DNA of 63,864 nucleotides, counting the filler, from Atractiella rhizophila (lineage: Eukaryota), in the NCBI GenBank assembly GCA_021432655.1. It is 4 parts of 4 records of this genome, joined end to end, with 100 filler letters (N's around TTAATTAATTAA, not from the genome) between each part and the next. Parts side by side here need not be neighbours in the genome. Positions count along the whole stretch, not along the records: positions 28,214 to 44,308 come from MU271738.1; positions 44,409 to 60,596 come from MU271740.1; 2 more parts are not named here. One strand, 5' to 3'. A program made the position numbers and the translations under genes. Shown one piece after another: positions 41,408 to 53,788 of the stretch. The notes below the pieces were generated by a model that did not search any database, was not told where the DNA came from, and saw only the letters and a list, made by a program, of their open reading frames with translations. Numbering within the stretch: the first letter of the stretch is position 1; each line of letters opens with the position of its first letter.

Positions 41408-41971
41408 ACACCCCCCAGTTTCTGTGGCACTCGCTGCAGGCAGAAACTTCTGCTTCGTGAGGTTTGCCTATTTGCCAAAAATGCCTAAAGTGCAAGGCGC
41501 CGCTTGAAAGGAGATGAAATCGTCGGAGTAAAGAGACATTATGTACTTCGCAATTTGAGGAATTTTTTTGAAGTTAACCAGGTGTTGTTTTGGTGTAATA
41601 AGTGTCCATCCTGTGAAAATGGGCTGGACAACTCACCACCAAACCGGTCGCCGATCCGTCCGTTGAGGAACAGACCGGTGCCTCGCCTAGACTAGACCTA
41701 TGTTCAACAATGTGACTAGGGATTCACCCAGCAAGGCGTGCAGAGCAGTAGGTCCTCTTAAAGTGAGGGGGAGGCGACCTTGCGATTGAGGGCAATTTTC
41801 GTAAATGCAACATTGGTGATGGTGCGAGAACGCAATGAGCCTTCGTCTTTGGCAGGCGACTAATGGACTCACTGACGACCAAATCGCCGACCTGCCCGTT
41901 GAGGAGCAAGTCGGCGCCTTGCCTTGACCTAAGTACCAAAGACTAGGATTTCATCCGGCAAGCATGCTGAT

Positions 41972-44308
41972 CTACTCGTCCTCAGATGGTGAATACCCTT
42001 TGTATTGAACATGATATTTGAAGACTCTATTTCGGGTACCGATCCATTTTCCATCAACAATTTTTTCCACTTCCCATTCTTTAATTCCATTCACCAATTC
42101 CAGAGGTGGTTTGGGCAACTGGACTCTGCCAGGAATGTCATCTTCGTTGACTTTTTGTACTAGGCCCACATGGAACACTGGGTGTATCTTCCATGAGGAT
42201 GGCAACTCGAGTTTAAGGTTGAGGGGACCCAAAACTTGCAAAACGCGAAAAGGGCCATGCCATTTGTCGTCCAACTTTTTGACAGGTCTTGTCGATTTGA
42301 TGTTTTCGTGCTCAACCAGACGAAATCGCCGACGTGATATTTGGGCACCGGTGTGTGTTTTCTGTCATAATGCTTTGCAATGAGATCAGCTGCTTGCTCA
42401 AGTGCCGCTTGTGCTTCCCGGTCGGCAATTTGCATCTTTTCAACGAATTGCGCCGCTGCGGGAACGTCCTCGTCGGAGATGGGTTCAAAAGCCATGCGGG
42501 GATGTTGACCGCAATCGAGCGAAAATGGAGTTACACCCGTCGCCGAACTGACGTGATTGTTGAGCGCAAATTCTGCGTTGGGAAGTCCTTCCACCCAATT
42601 ATCATGAAGGTGGTTGCAGAAAATGCGCAAATATTGTTCAACTTCCTGGTTCATATGTTCAGTCTGGCCATCGCTTTGTGGGTGGTAGGCTGTCGATGGT
42701 GAACCTTTGATGCCTAAAAGGCGAAAAAGTGCCGACGTGAATTTGGACACAAACTCTTTTCCGTAATCGAAAATTGCGACATTGAAAAGTCCATGTAACT
42801 TCTAAACATGATCGCGAAAAAGTCTTGCAAGGCCTTCTGCATCCATCGTCAAATGGGTAGGTATGAGATGGGTACGTTTTGAGAGTCTGTCGACTATGAC
42901 AAAAATTGTGTTAAACCCCCCAGATTCTGGAAGTGGTCCAACTAAGTCTATGCTGACGATTTGCTATTGATGCGTGGGAATGTCATTTGGTTGTAAAAAC
43001 CCCACGGGTGGGGAAGGAAAGTTTTTTTGTTCTGTAACAAGTGTGACAGGTGCCAACATAGCGGCGAACGTAATGCGCTAATCCTGGCCACCAGTAGTAT
43101 CTTTTACAAGAGCAGTCGTCAATTTTACGCCTGGATGACCGGCGATTTGCGAATCGTGCAGGTCTTGCAAAATCGAGCGGCGAATTTCGTCGGCGGGAAT
43201 GTAGAGTTTTCCAAAAAATAGACAGCACCGTCAACTTCTTGCCATTCCCGTCGGCGAATGAGTCGACTGGTTCGTCCAGGATCTCTCTCAAGGCTTTGAC
43301 CACCTGTTCTTCCCGTTCAGGCATCTTTTTCACACNNNNNNNNNNNNNNNNNNNNNNNNNCCACCTGTTCTTCCCGTTCAGGCATCTTTTTCACACACTC
43401 TAGTATGCTCAACTCCAACATTTGCCTTGTGAGCGCAACCGCGCTCCCCGTTGCGCTAATGGCAATACGATTTGTCTTGAAAAAATACTCTGGGAGTAAC
43501 ACTACATCGAAATTGTCGCAAGTCGCCGGATTGTGATCGGGTCGCCAACTGAGCACATCTGGTTTTGCGGAGTTTCGTCCAGGACAGTGTGCGTGAAGTT
43601 GAAAGATGCAAGTTCGGTGATCCACTGCGCTTGTCGCCAATTCAACTTTTGTGGCATCCTGAAATATTCAAGGTTTTTGTAGTCTGTCAAGATCAGAAAT
43701 GGCTCATCAGTACCTTGAAGAAGATGTCTCCATTCTTGCAGCCCACACATAATCGTGAGCATTTCTTTGTCATAGGTGTCATCGTTTCTCTGGGCAGCAT
43801 TGAGCGATTTTGACACGAAACCGAGGGGGTGAAACTTCCCATCCTGCTTCATTTGCGACAAAACGGCGCCTGTCGCGGAATTTGACGCGTGCCGAAGTCA
43901 TGAGCTGTTTCAAAGCAGCGAACGAACGTTGCTGATCTACCCCCCAGACCCAGGAAACCACCATTTTCGTCAGTTCATATAAAGGTTGTGCAATGTGACT
44001 GAATCTGTCGCAAAAGTGGCAACAGAATTTAGCAAAACTGAGTAACATTTGGACTTCCTTCATGTTTTTCGGTTCTGGCCAATCCACCACCCCCGCAACT
44101 TTTACTGGATCTGGTTCGATCCCTCTGCTGGAAATGATCAAACCTAGATACTCCAGCTCTTCTTGACACCAAATGCATTTCTGCAAATTTACATAAAGCC
44201 CATTTTCACCCAAAATTTGACAAACTTGTCGAACACGTTCCCAATGTTCTTCTTCAGTCTCTGTCACAATCAGGATATCGTTGATGTATATGAAGATGAA
44301 CGCAGTGG
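41972..44308 (-). pseudogene. pol: Degenerate Ty3/gypsy chromovirus pol: RT C-terminus, RNase H, integrase, chromodomain
   Basis: YINDILI (RT YxDD decayed), LEYLGLII, YDKEML, ILTDYKNLEYF, YWWPGL...CHTC, STAYHPQSDGQTE, WHGPFRV and chromodomain WEVEKIV...YHVQYKGY. Multiple frameshifts and stops. Confidence 0.95.
43336..43360. other. 25-N assembly gap with duplicated flanks
   Basis: cacctgttcttcccgttcaggcatctttttcacac occurs on both sides, consistent with an unmerged overlap. Confidence 0.9.
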
Positions 44309-44408
44309 NNNNNNNNNNNNNNNNNNNNNNNNNNNNNNNNNNNNNNNNNNNNTTAATTAATTAANNNNNNNNNNNNNNNNNNNNNNNNNNNNNNNNNNNN
44401 NNNNNNNN
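44309..44408. other. Assembly gap/linker
   Basis: N44-TTAATTAATTAA-N44. Confidence 0.98.
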
Positions 44409-46961
44409 AACAGCTTGATTTCCCTAGAAGCGGTGACCGGAAACCCATCCTTCTCCTGTTCCATTCTGATCTGCTTCAGAGCGACCAGTACGCCGGTCTC
44501 CAAGTTCTTAGCCTTATAGACCTTGCCATATGTTCCCTCTCCGACTTGGACCAATCGCTCAAACACATCTTTCGACTCCGACTCCTTCTGCGCTGGAGGA
44601 GGCAGATCGCGCTTTTTCTGCCAAGCAATCATAGCTGCTTGATACTCCTGTTCAATCTGTGCATACTCCGCCTTTTGCCTCTCGAACGCCTCCCATTCCT
44701 CCTGCATCCGATGTCGCTCACCTTCCATCCAATTCGCTTGGTCCTCGCCTGCAAGATGTGGCATCATGGCTGCTCCTCGTGGTTCTTGTAGCGGGGGAAG
44801 ATTGGGAGGCGGAGGAGGAGGGCCTGCTGGTCCCCAGTCTTGCGTTTGGAGGAGAGGAGGGGGAGGAGGTAAAGGGTAGCGTGGAGGAACGTCGTAAAGC
44901 ATCATGGGTTGCTGATGTTGAGGAGGAGGAGCGTGAGCGGGAACGGGGTAGGAAGGGGCAACGGTCGTCGTTACTGGTGTGGGATATCGCTCGGGAGTGG
45001 TGGGGGGAGGTGGGAGATCGACTACTGTCGGAGGTGGCTGAACGGGACGGCGAACGCGAGGGACGCGAGGTGGACCATCGAGAAGTTCGGTGGGATGAAG
45101 ATCCCTACTTGCGACCCGTGAACGTGCGTCCCTTGTTCGCTCTCTTTCCCCTTCTCTGTCTCGTTCTCTTTCCCGCTTCCTATCCGATGGTCTTTCTCGT
45201 TCCCGATCCCGTTCCCGTTCACGATCAGAAAGCATGTCTCTGCCCGAACTCGAAGGAGCAGACGGCTGTCGTTTCGAAGGTAACGTCGATGACGCAGCTT
45301 CCTCGGTCTTCACCTTCTTTTTTGGCAGCTCATCTTCACTTCCATCATCACCAGGAAAGAACTTGCTGATATCAGACTTTCCATTGATCGTTCCCGCCGG
45401 TCCATTCTTCTTCGACAATGGGACCTTACTCACGGATGAACTTTTGCTCGACGAGGTATCCTCTTTAGGCTTTCCCTCCGGGACATCATCCGACATCCTC
45501 TCTCTCGGACGTAGCGACCTAGGATCCTTCGTAGTAGATCGGATCCCAGAGTTCTGCGACAGCTCACTCTTCCGTACTGCCTCCTCCAACAATTTTTCAA
45601 CCCGATCCCCATCCGCTCTCCCCTTCTCCAGCTCGTTCGACACCTTTCTCTTCGAAGTGGAAGCTTGCCTATCGTGGGCCGGACTTGGGCTCCTCTTCCT
45701 CTTGATTGCCGCACGATCTCTCTCCCTCTCCTTGTCCCCATAGCCATATCGGTCGATCTCGCGCTCCCGATCCCGTTCTCTTTCCCTGTCCCTATCTCTA
45801 TCCCGCTCCCGCTCTCGATCGCGTTCTCTATCCCGGTCCTTCCGGTAGTCGTCCGGCTTGGAACGCGAATAAGACGAATCGATGGATCGCTCACGGTGGT
45901 GTCGAGAGGTAGATACGGCCTTGTGATGCGGTGAACGCGATCGATCTCGGGATGAGTACCTGTTTCCACATAAAAGGAAAGCGATCAGCTTCTTTATTCG
46001 GATGTTGATGGCATCATTCGAACCTTCGAACGGCAGGGTGTGTGGTATCATGCATTTGGTTTGATGGTAAATGTTGCATTAATGTATATGGTTTTGATGT
46101 ACCATACAAAATATATACCGCCACGACAACCCTCCGGTTCGCAAAAGGAAAATCTCAGTAGCACACCGCTCTGCAAGGCACAAAGCTGAGAAAACTACAA
46201 GGCCTGCCCGAACACCATGACCCAAATCACTCGACACCAGAACAGGAGCGTCTTCACACTCTAGTTACTGGCAGTCAAAGATTCTCAACAGACTCCTCTC
46301 TGACCGAACCATATCCCTTTGTCATCATGCAGAGATCAGGAAGGACTCACCTATCATCCCGTCTCCTCACGTTCGAGTCGTCCAATCTTTTCTCTCTTTC
46401 CCTTTCCCTGTCTCTGCTCCAACTTCTATCCCTATCCCTTCGAGATGAAGCAGTGTGTTTCTCTTCTTCCCTTCGTCTCCTCTCCTTGTTACTGATAGGA
46501 CGTTCGTAACTCGCTTTCTCCGGTTGGCCAATCGACTTCTCCTTCAAAAACTCGCTTCTACGAGGTCTCATCTCTGCGACGGCATACTTGGACTCTGGAG
46601 AGCGTGCCCGTCGATAGAGGGTCCCTCCTTTAGATTTTACATCTGGGGTACGTGGGGCGGAGGTTGAAGGGAGGGGAGGAGTTGTGGGATGCTTCGCATC
46701 CTTCGAATCAGAGGGCATCTTGGACTCTCTGCGACCTCGAGAAGTATGATCGTTCCAGGTCAAATCTGAAGCTGAACCGTTTGCGTTTGCGTTGTTGGTG
46801 TTGATGTTGGAGATGGTGGTGGTCGGTTTAGAACTCGAATCTTCGTCGGTCGTCGTGGTCGAATTGGAAACCCCATTTCTCTTCGTTCCTCCAACTTCAC
46901 CTTCCTTCGCTCCCACCGCCGGCCCTCGAGAACTCGAAGGCGAAGCGTCTGAAACGGCCAT
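44409..46961 (-). CDS. CTK1: CTD kinase Ctk1/Lsk1 (CDK12-like) with long RD/RE/RS- and Pro-rich N-terminus; 3' end lost at linker
   Basis: [12 protein letters not shown]...[25 protein letters not shown]. Exon 1 is 46961-46351 and intron 46350-45960 restores the frame. Confidence 0.82.
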
Positions 46962-49900
46962 GGTGTGCTGATGCAGTAGCACTCAATGCAATGCAAAGCT
47001 AGTCAAATCACTTGTGGAGATGAGAAGGGACGGTCCCTCCTTTATTTTTCAGGACAGGACCGGTCTACAATCCCAAACAGAAACCAAAACCTGACGGTCT
47101 AACGTCGTTTTTTCACTCGAATCGGCACTGAAAGCTCGGACGGGACTCTCAGAGGGATAGCTATAGTGTGATTTGGTGGGAGGCAAGTTCACATGACAGG
47201 GGAAGGAAAAGGAATAGAATCAGCATGCCATCTAATGCGAGGAGTTCATGGCAAGCAGCACTCACAGGCTTCATGCAAAAGGCTTGGGTATGGTTCCTAC
47301 AGCCCGTAAGTTCGTCCCCTGCGTCTTTGGCTGCTTACTTCGTCAGACGCTGCTCCTCACGATGCCACGATTGGATACTTGAGGGGCCAACATAGCATGG
47401 TAAGGGGTCGCGGTTTGCCTTACCTGGATCGCGTTGTGGTGTGGTGGACGTTGCGGTGGGCGAATTACTTTGATGATGGCTGTTCTTTTCGTGTACTGTT
47501 ATCGTTAACGGTACGTTAGCTCTTCTGTGTGTTTTTGGTAACTACGAGGTTTGGCGTGGCTCCCATCTGTAGTGGATAACTTACCACTTTACTTTGAGTG
47601 TTCAACGTTAGAAGTCATGGCGTGAGAATCGTGAGCATACTGGATTCAAACAATTCAGAAATCCTTCTGTCACTCGTCCCTACCACATTAGGTTTGAAGT
47701 CTGCGCAAAGTTGGTGCACAGAACTTGCTTCACAAATGTCCATACATGTACTGATTACAAGCTGAGGTGTTGGGGAGGCAGACTAGGATCAATCGCGCTG
47801 TTCAGAAGCATGAAAGCGCGACCTGACATCTGAGCCCTGACCAGTCAATTGATGAAGGCAGCCGAGAGAGCTGTAGCCAATGTAGCCTGCTAAAAGGCTG
47901 CTTCTTCCCCACCGCCTGACTGGCGATTGAGCCGTTGTCTGTTGACTGAATCCTTCGTTTAGAGAGCTAGATGTTTTAGCTTACCCTGCTTTTTGGCTTT
48001 TCGGACTCGCTCATGTATACAGGCTAATCCACCAGTTTTCCGGTTTTGGCACTCCGTACTTGTTACGTCTCAAGATTGCCTAATTACCTATAGGACTAAT
48101 AGAGCACATCTTTCTCTCCTAATTGTAGCTCAACGCTCCTATATCTAATACTTGTAAAATTTTGGAAGGTTCCGTTGCAGCTGCGTTCAAGACAAGGTAG
48201 CTATTTGCACCACAGTGGCATTGCCATGCTAATAACGAAGACAAGCGAGCCAGAATGTTACTGGAGTCAGCGATGCCCATGGTTGAAACGTGGTTTGAAG
48301 GCTGAAATAGAGCTTGATGAACAAAACATCGAACAAGCAACGTCGAGAACAAAGGATTGGAACCGAGTCTGTTCGTTTTACTGGCAACCAAGCTTGAAAG
48401 GAAATGACAACTAGGAAGAATAAAATATTACTTGGAAGAGCAAGAAAACTCTCTTCTGAAGGAAGGAATCGCATATGCTATCGAAGCCTCTACCATTGTA
48501 CTGCACAGCAAATATGACACAAGCAACAAAGGTACAAAGCTACAGAAAGTCCTTTCAGCATTAGGTTGAAATAGACAAGGAACTTAATTAACAAAGGGAT
48601 CTCGACTGAAGCTCCCTCCGTTGAGTTGGAAATATCTTGACTTGAAGTGTTTATAGCTACAAGGGTAGAAAGAGCTCGCTCGAGAGAGAATACATAAAAG
48701 CAGTCTAGCTGTACCTCCTCAGCATCAAACCTCTCACCCTCCCCATATCTCAGGCCAAAATCGGCTCTCTTAGTACTAGCTTTGAATTGTGAAACGTTAC
48801 TCACGATGCCTTGGATTAATTTGCATCCGTTGTACTCAAGCCGAGTAACAAAGTCGAAAAGATGGTTTGTCGTCCTACCCTGCTGAGTTCACAGAATCAC
48901 GCTTCTCCAAGGGTTGCACCGAAACGACAAGTCGAGATTGCACCAGATATTTGGCACGACCCTAATGACCACCCACACTATCATGAAACTGATGCGAGAT
49001 TGTACCCTTGGACTTCCTCTACGTTTCCTCGCCCTCGTAATAGCCAAATCGACAGAGATTTGAAAAAACAAGTGCATACTAAACACCGTCTTCAAAACCG
49101 CTCTGATCCAGGGGTTGGAAACGAATATGGGTTCACGGAAGGGGTGGAACCAGTGTATGGACCAGAACGGCCGCGTAGTAACTTACATCGTAAGCTGATT
49201 TTGATCGAAGCACAGCACATCACACTGAATATGACGTTAGCGAGGAGAATTATACAGAGAAACGTTAGAGCTTTCCCTGGCTTGGGACGTTGGGGTTGAG
49301 GAGAGTAATTTGCTCTGAATATTTCACCTTCATCAATTATGACAAAGAGGATAATACTATTAAGATGTTGATAGAATAGCTCAATTTGTCATAAGCTCAG
49401 TCCAAATGACTGGCACAGAAGCTTTATTGCAGAAGGTCCTGCTCTACCAAACCGCAGCCGTACGTGTTGGTGACTCACTCCTGCATCCTTTCAACACAAC
49501 AATGCGGAAGAGGTCCAATCAAGCAATGCATAGAGTGAATTTGTGCTTCGACTCCATATAAGCTTGCCTTAGAGGTAACTTTCAGGGATGAAAGCAGCGT
49601 GGCAACCTCCCAAAGTTTCAAAGCAAAATGGATCGATGCCGCCAATTCAAACATTACGTTGGAGAGGTGCGATACTTATTGATAGGGTTTCAAGGAGGTT
49701 GACACACATTGACCAGCCTGATCAACAAAGGGGGGAAGGACCGTCCTGCACTGGTAGGTACTGCTCGACCAGGGCTGCCCTCCAAGCTGATCGAGGTCAG
49801 GAATCACCTCTCGGCGGTCAAAACAGACTCGGAGGATCATCATCGCAGCTATGTTCCCAGAGTTTTACACGACCAAAGAAGTGGACAAACTCTACGACAT

Positions 49901-50754
49901 TGTCGATAAAGAGCAAGATGACCTCTTTCTTCGGACAGGAACCCCAAACACCAAGCCTCATTTCAGTCGAGTTGATTGGAAATTGAGATCCGGGGAATAC
50001 GAAGCGATTCGATGGGCAGGATCGCAGCCCGCCGACCTCTATCGATCATGGACATGGTGGCTTTTAGGAGTCTTTTCGTCCTTGTTAAATGAGTGGCCGG
50101 AAGACTCTATGTGCCATCTTTTGCCGTGCTCATATGTCCATCTTGCAATCAGCAAGGCAACAGGCGTATATAAAGAAATAGTCCGGCCGTAATACCAAGA
50201 AGTTATCTCAAACATTCCGACAGCAGTTCTCACATCTACCCACGGAAACAGCCAAGATTTTGAAATGTGAAGTTGACAAACGGGTTTGAGGAAGCACAAT
50301 TTTGGTCATCAATCCAATCCAATCCATGAAACTTCAGAGCTTGAGCTTCAAGTTAGGCAAGATGTTTGATTCAGATCATCACCTTCCTATTACATGCACG
50401 GGAAGTAGGTCAACTTTATGTATGTATCGATTGCGCTCTACTGCCGCCACCCCACCACTTTCGATAGTATTTGCGGGATCAAGTCAAAGATCAGCGAATA
50501 TTTTAGTAAAGAGTCTCTCTCATCAAGATGTGAGTAGTGCAGGGAGCTGGGAGCGTACTTCCTGCAATGAACACGAGACATGAACAGGCAATAAGAGTAG
50601 CAGCTTGTCTTATTGCTCTCGCCAATATACAACCGCTCCATGAAATGCAAATGGGCACGACGAAGAGAGAGCTTCCTCTTACTGTTATCCCCTCACAAAT
50701 TCGTCCTTGCCCTCCAATATTGAATATGTCAGGCTGAATTATGATGTTTGAAAC

Positions 50755-53652
50755 GTGTCGAGAAAGGGAGGTCGTCGTTTCTCTGAGAAGTATGTTGTTG
50801 ACTCCACGAACCACGACAACCACGATCGATCTCTCTGCAGAACACGCTCCACCATGTTCTACCCACGCTCGCCCACAGCATCCAAATCCACGCTCTCCTC
50901 CTCTCCCTCCAGACCATCCCCATCCACCTCCTCCACCCCTCACCCACCCGCGCACACGCAGCAGCAAGCAGCCTCTTCCATCGAAGACGACTGGGACGCC
51001 TCCGACTACCGTCCGCACATCCCCTACCCCTCCTCCCACCCCAACGCCTCGCTTTCTGCCAGCTTAGGTGTGAGTGCGGGAGCGAGGGGCAAAGCGAAGG
51101 CCACGCTCAGTGCGCCGCCTGCTCGTCCGCACGACTTTTCCTTGTCTTCTTCCCCTCCATCATCTGCCTCTTCTCCCACGGGAGGGAGCGGGAAGAAGCG
51201 GAATGTGAGTTGGGGAGGGAGGATGTGGAATGCTGTTTACAGCTATGGATCTTATTCTTCTTCTTCCACCGGAATAGGTGTCTCTGCTTCTGGTTCTAAT
51301 TCTGCAGGTGGAGGAAGGGAGGAGGAATCAGAGAGGGAGAAGGAGGAGGAGGGGTATGTGAAGCTTAGAGATGGTGCTTCAGATTCCTTCGGTGTGGGTG
51401 GGACGAGTTTAAGCTATGAGAGTGAGAGCGAGGAAAGTGAGCGGGGAGACGCCGGGTGGGCTGGAGTGAAGAAGTCCAAGGGAGAGAGGGAGAGGGAGAG
51501 GGAGAATGGACGGCCTGGTGCGGAGGAGGGAGAGAAGACTCCGAGAGTGGTGTTGGGAAAGATGAAGGCGTTGGATTTGGATGAGAAGGAGGGACAGGTG
51601 GACGAAATGGAGGAAGCAATGATGACGCTGAAAGCAAAGTTGATGGAGGATTGGGAAGCAGTGATGCTTGGTACGTCCTTTCTTTATTCTTGATTGAATA
51701 GGGCAGAAATCTATGAGCAATCGGAGGATCAAAGAGGACAATTGGCACTTCATGAGTTGGATGGAAAGAGCTCTGCTTTATCAGATTAGTGATTCTCTCA
51801 GTGCGCGTTGACACAGTTCACCGCAAGATGAATCGAATCAAAGAGCCGTCAGTCTGTTTGATCACGCGCGTACCTTGCCCACCCCAGGTTTAGAATAGAG
51901 AGCATGCGCCAACAATGCGAGTCATCGCTCTTAATCTCGTCCTCTGCTATCCTATTTGTCCGTTCCTAATATACTATTTGCTAGAAATGGGAAGCGGTGA
52001 CGATAGTTACACGTATTCATGCTAGTGAATTCAGGGCGCAGTACCTTTGCAAAGCAAGCGTTTATGAAGTCTTGTAGAATCGAAGCAAAACACTACAGCT
52101 TGCATTATTTATATTTGCAAATTTCACGCATGTTCTCATCGCGAACGTTCAATTAGATGCTTATTCTAACATGTATGATCACCACATTGATATTCTTGAC
52201 CGGAATGGACAGATCCAGTCAAGATCCTTTCTCGTCTCTCACTCCCTACCAGCGCTAACCGACGCGATCCCTCAATGGCTGACGTCTATAACTCTCCCTC
52301 CACGGCATCGACGAGCCTTCAAGGGGACGAAGAAGTTGCAGGAAGCGAAACCGATCCCACACGACGGCGAGTGATCAAGTTTGGACGATGTCTGGGAGAA
52401 GACAACATCGATCTAGGTGCATAGCTCCGTCTGCATGAATGAGCTTATCGCTGTCGCTTACATGAATCTTGTAGCACAGCTTCGAAAGCTCGCTTGGTCT
52501 GGCATTCCTTATCAACTCCGACCTATCTGTTGGACCCTCCTCCTCAACTATCTCCCTCCGGTATCCTCCCGCCGCGTATCTACGTTACAAAGGAAGAGGA
52601 AGGAGTATCTTGATTATGCTCGACTTGCGTTTTCGAGGCCGGAATCGATGGATCAGACTATTTGGCACCAGATCAAGAAGGACGCTCCGAGAACTCACGC
52701 AAATAAGGAGCTCTGGAGGCAGGAGCGCACCCAGCGGGTACCTTTCTTCTTATCCGACTCTGTGGTTTGCTGACTTCCTTACCGTTAGAGTCTGGAACGC
52801 ATACTCTACATATGGGCGATTCGACATCCAGCAAGCGGGTATGTGCAAGGAATGAACGATCTCGTCACGCCCTTCTTTGAGGTGTTCCTCTCCAATTACG
52901 TCGGTTCGTGCTCCACTTCCACTCCATTCAGCGCCGCTGACTGGTAGCAGAGGGAGATCTCGAAACGTTCGATATGTCGGACGCGTCACAAGAGCTGGTG
53001 GACTCGTTAGAAGCGGATAGCTTTTGGTGTCTCAGCAAATTGTTGGACGGCATTCAAGATAATTATATCTTTGCGCAGCCTGGAATTCAACGACAGGTTA
53101 AGCGCATGAAGGAGCTTTGCGCCCGCGTCGATGGTACGTCCTCACATGTTCACTCATGCGTTCGTCGAATTCGTTTCTTGCAGCACCGTTGGCGGCACAC
53201 TTAGAATCGGAGAAGGTCGAATTCATACAGTTTGCGTTTCGATGGATGAATTGTCTGTTGATGCGAGAGCTGAGCGTGAAAAATATCGTGCGGATGTGGG
53301 ATACCTACTTGGTTCGTCCTCCTCCTCCTCACTTTGAATTGTTGTTGTTAACATTTTGTCTTGGAAAGGCGGAAGGAGGAGATGCGTTCTCTGAGTTCCA
53401 TCTCTATGTTTGCCTCGCTTTCTTGGTACGTTGGAGCGAAAAGTTGAGGGAAATGGACTTCCAGGTTCGTTACCTTCACGTTTGACGCGCTGTCACGGAA
53501 CTGATTTTGGTTTGGTGATGCAGGGGATCATCATGTTTCTGCAGTCCCTGCCTACTCAGGATTGGAACGATGAAAATACGGAACTCTTGTTGTCGGAGGC
53601 ATTTGTCTGGAAGAGCTTGTTTCACAATACCAGCCACATGGCTAATAAATGA
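50755..53652 (+). CDS. GYP1: TBC-domain Rab GTPase-activating protein, Gyp1/TBC1D22 type, multi-exon
   Basis: LRKLAWSGIP, IKKDAPRT (Arg finger), HPASGYVQGMNDL (Gln finger), EADSFWC, QDNYIFAQPGIQ and QFAFRWMNCLLMRE. Confidence 0.92.
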
Positions 53653-53788
53653 CTATGGCCGTCTTGTACCACTGCCAGTCGCTTGTCACAGGTTTGACAT
53701 GATATGGAAGATCGGCAATAATTCAGGTATCCTTTGAGAATGAAGGAGAATTAGGTTGGAGAAGACTTTATGCCACCAGTTCAATCCG

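Noticed and set aside
43300..43396. Direct repeat inside pol
   Set aside because: It flanks a 25-N gap and is an unmerged contig overlap.
45700..45850. Purine/pyrimidine microsatellite-like tract
   Set aside because: Explained by RD/RE dipeptide coding in the CTK1-like N-terminus.
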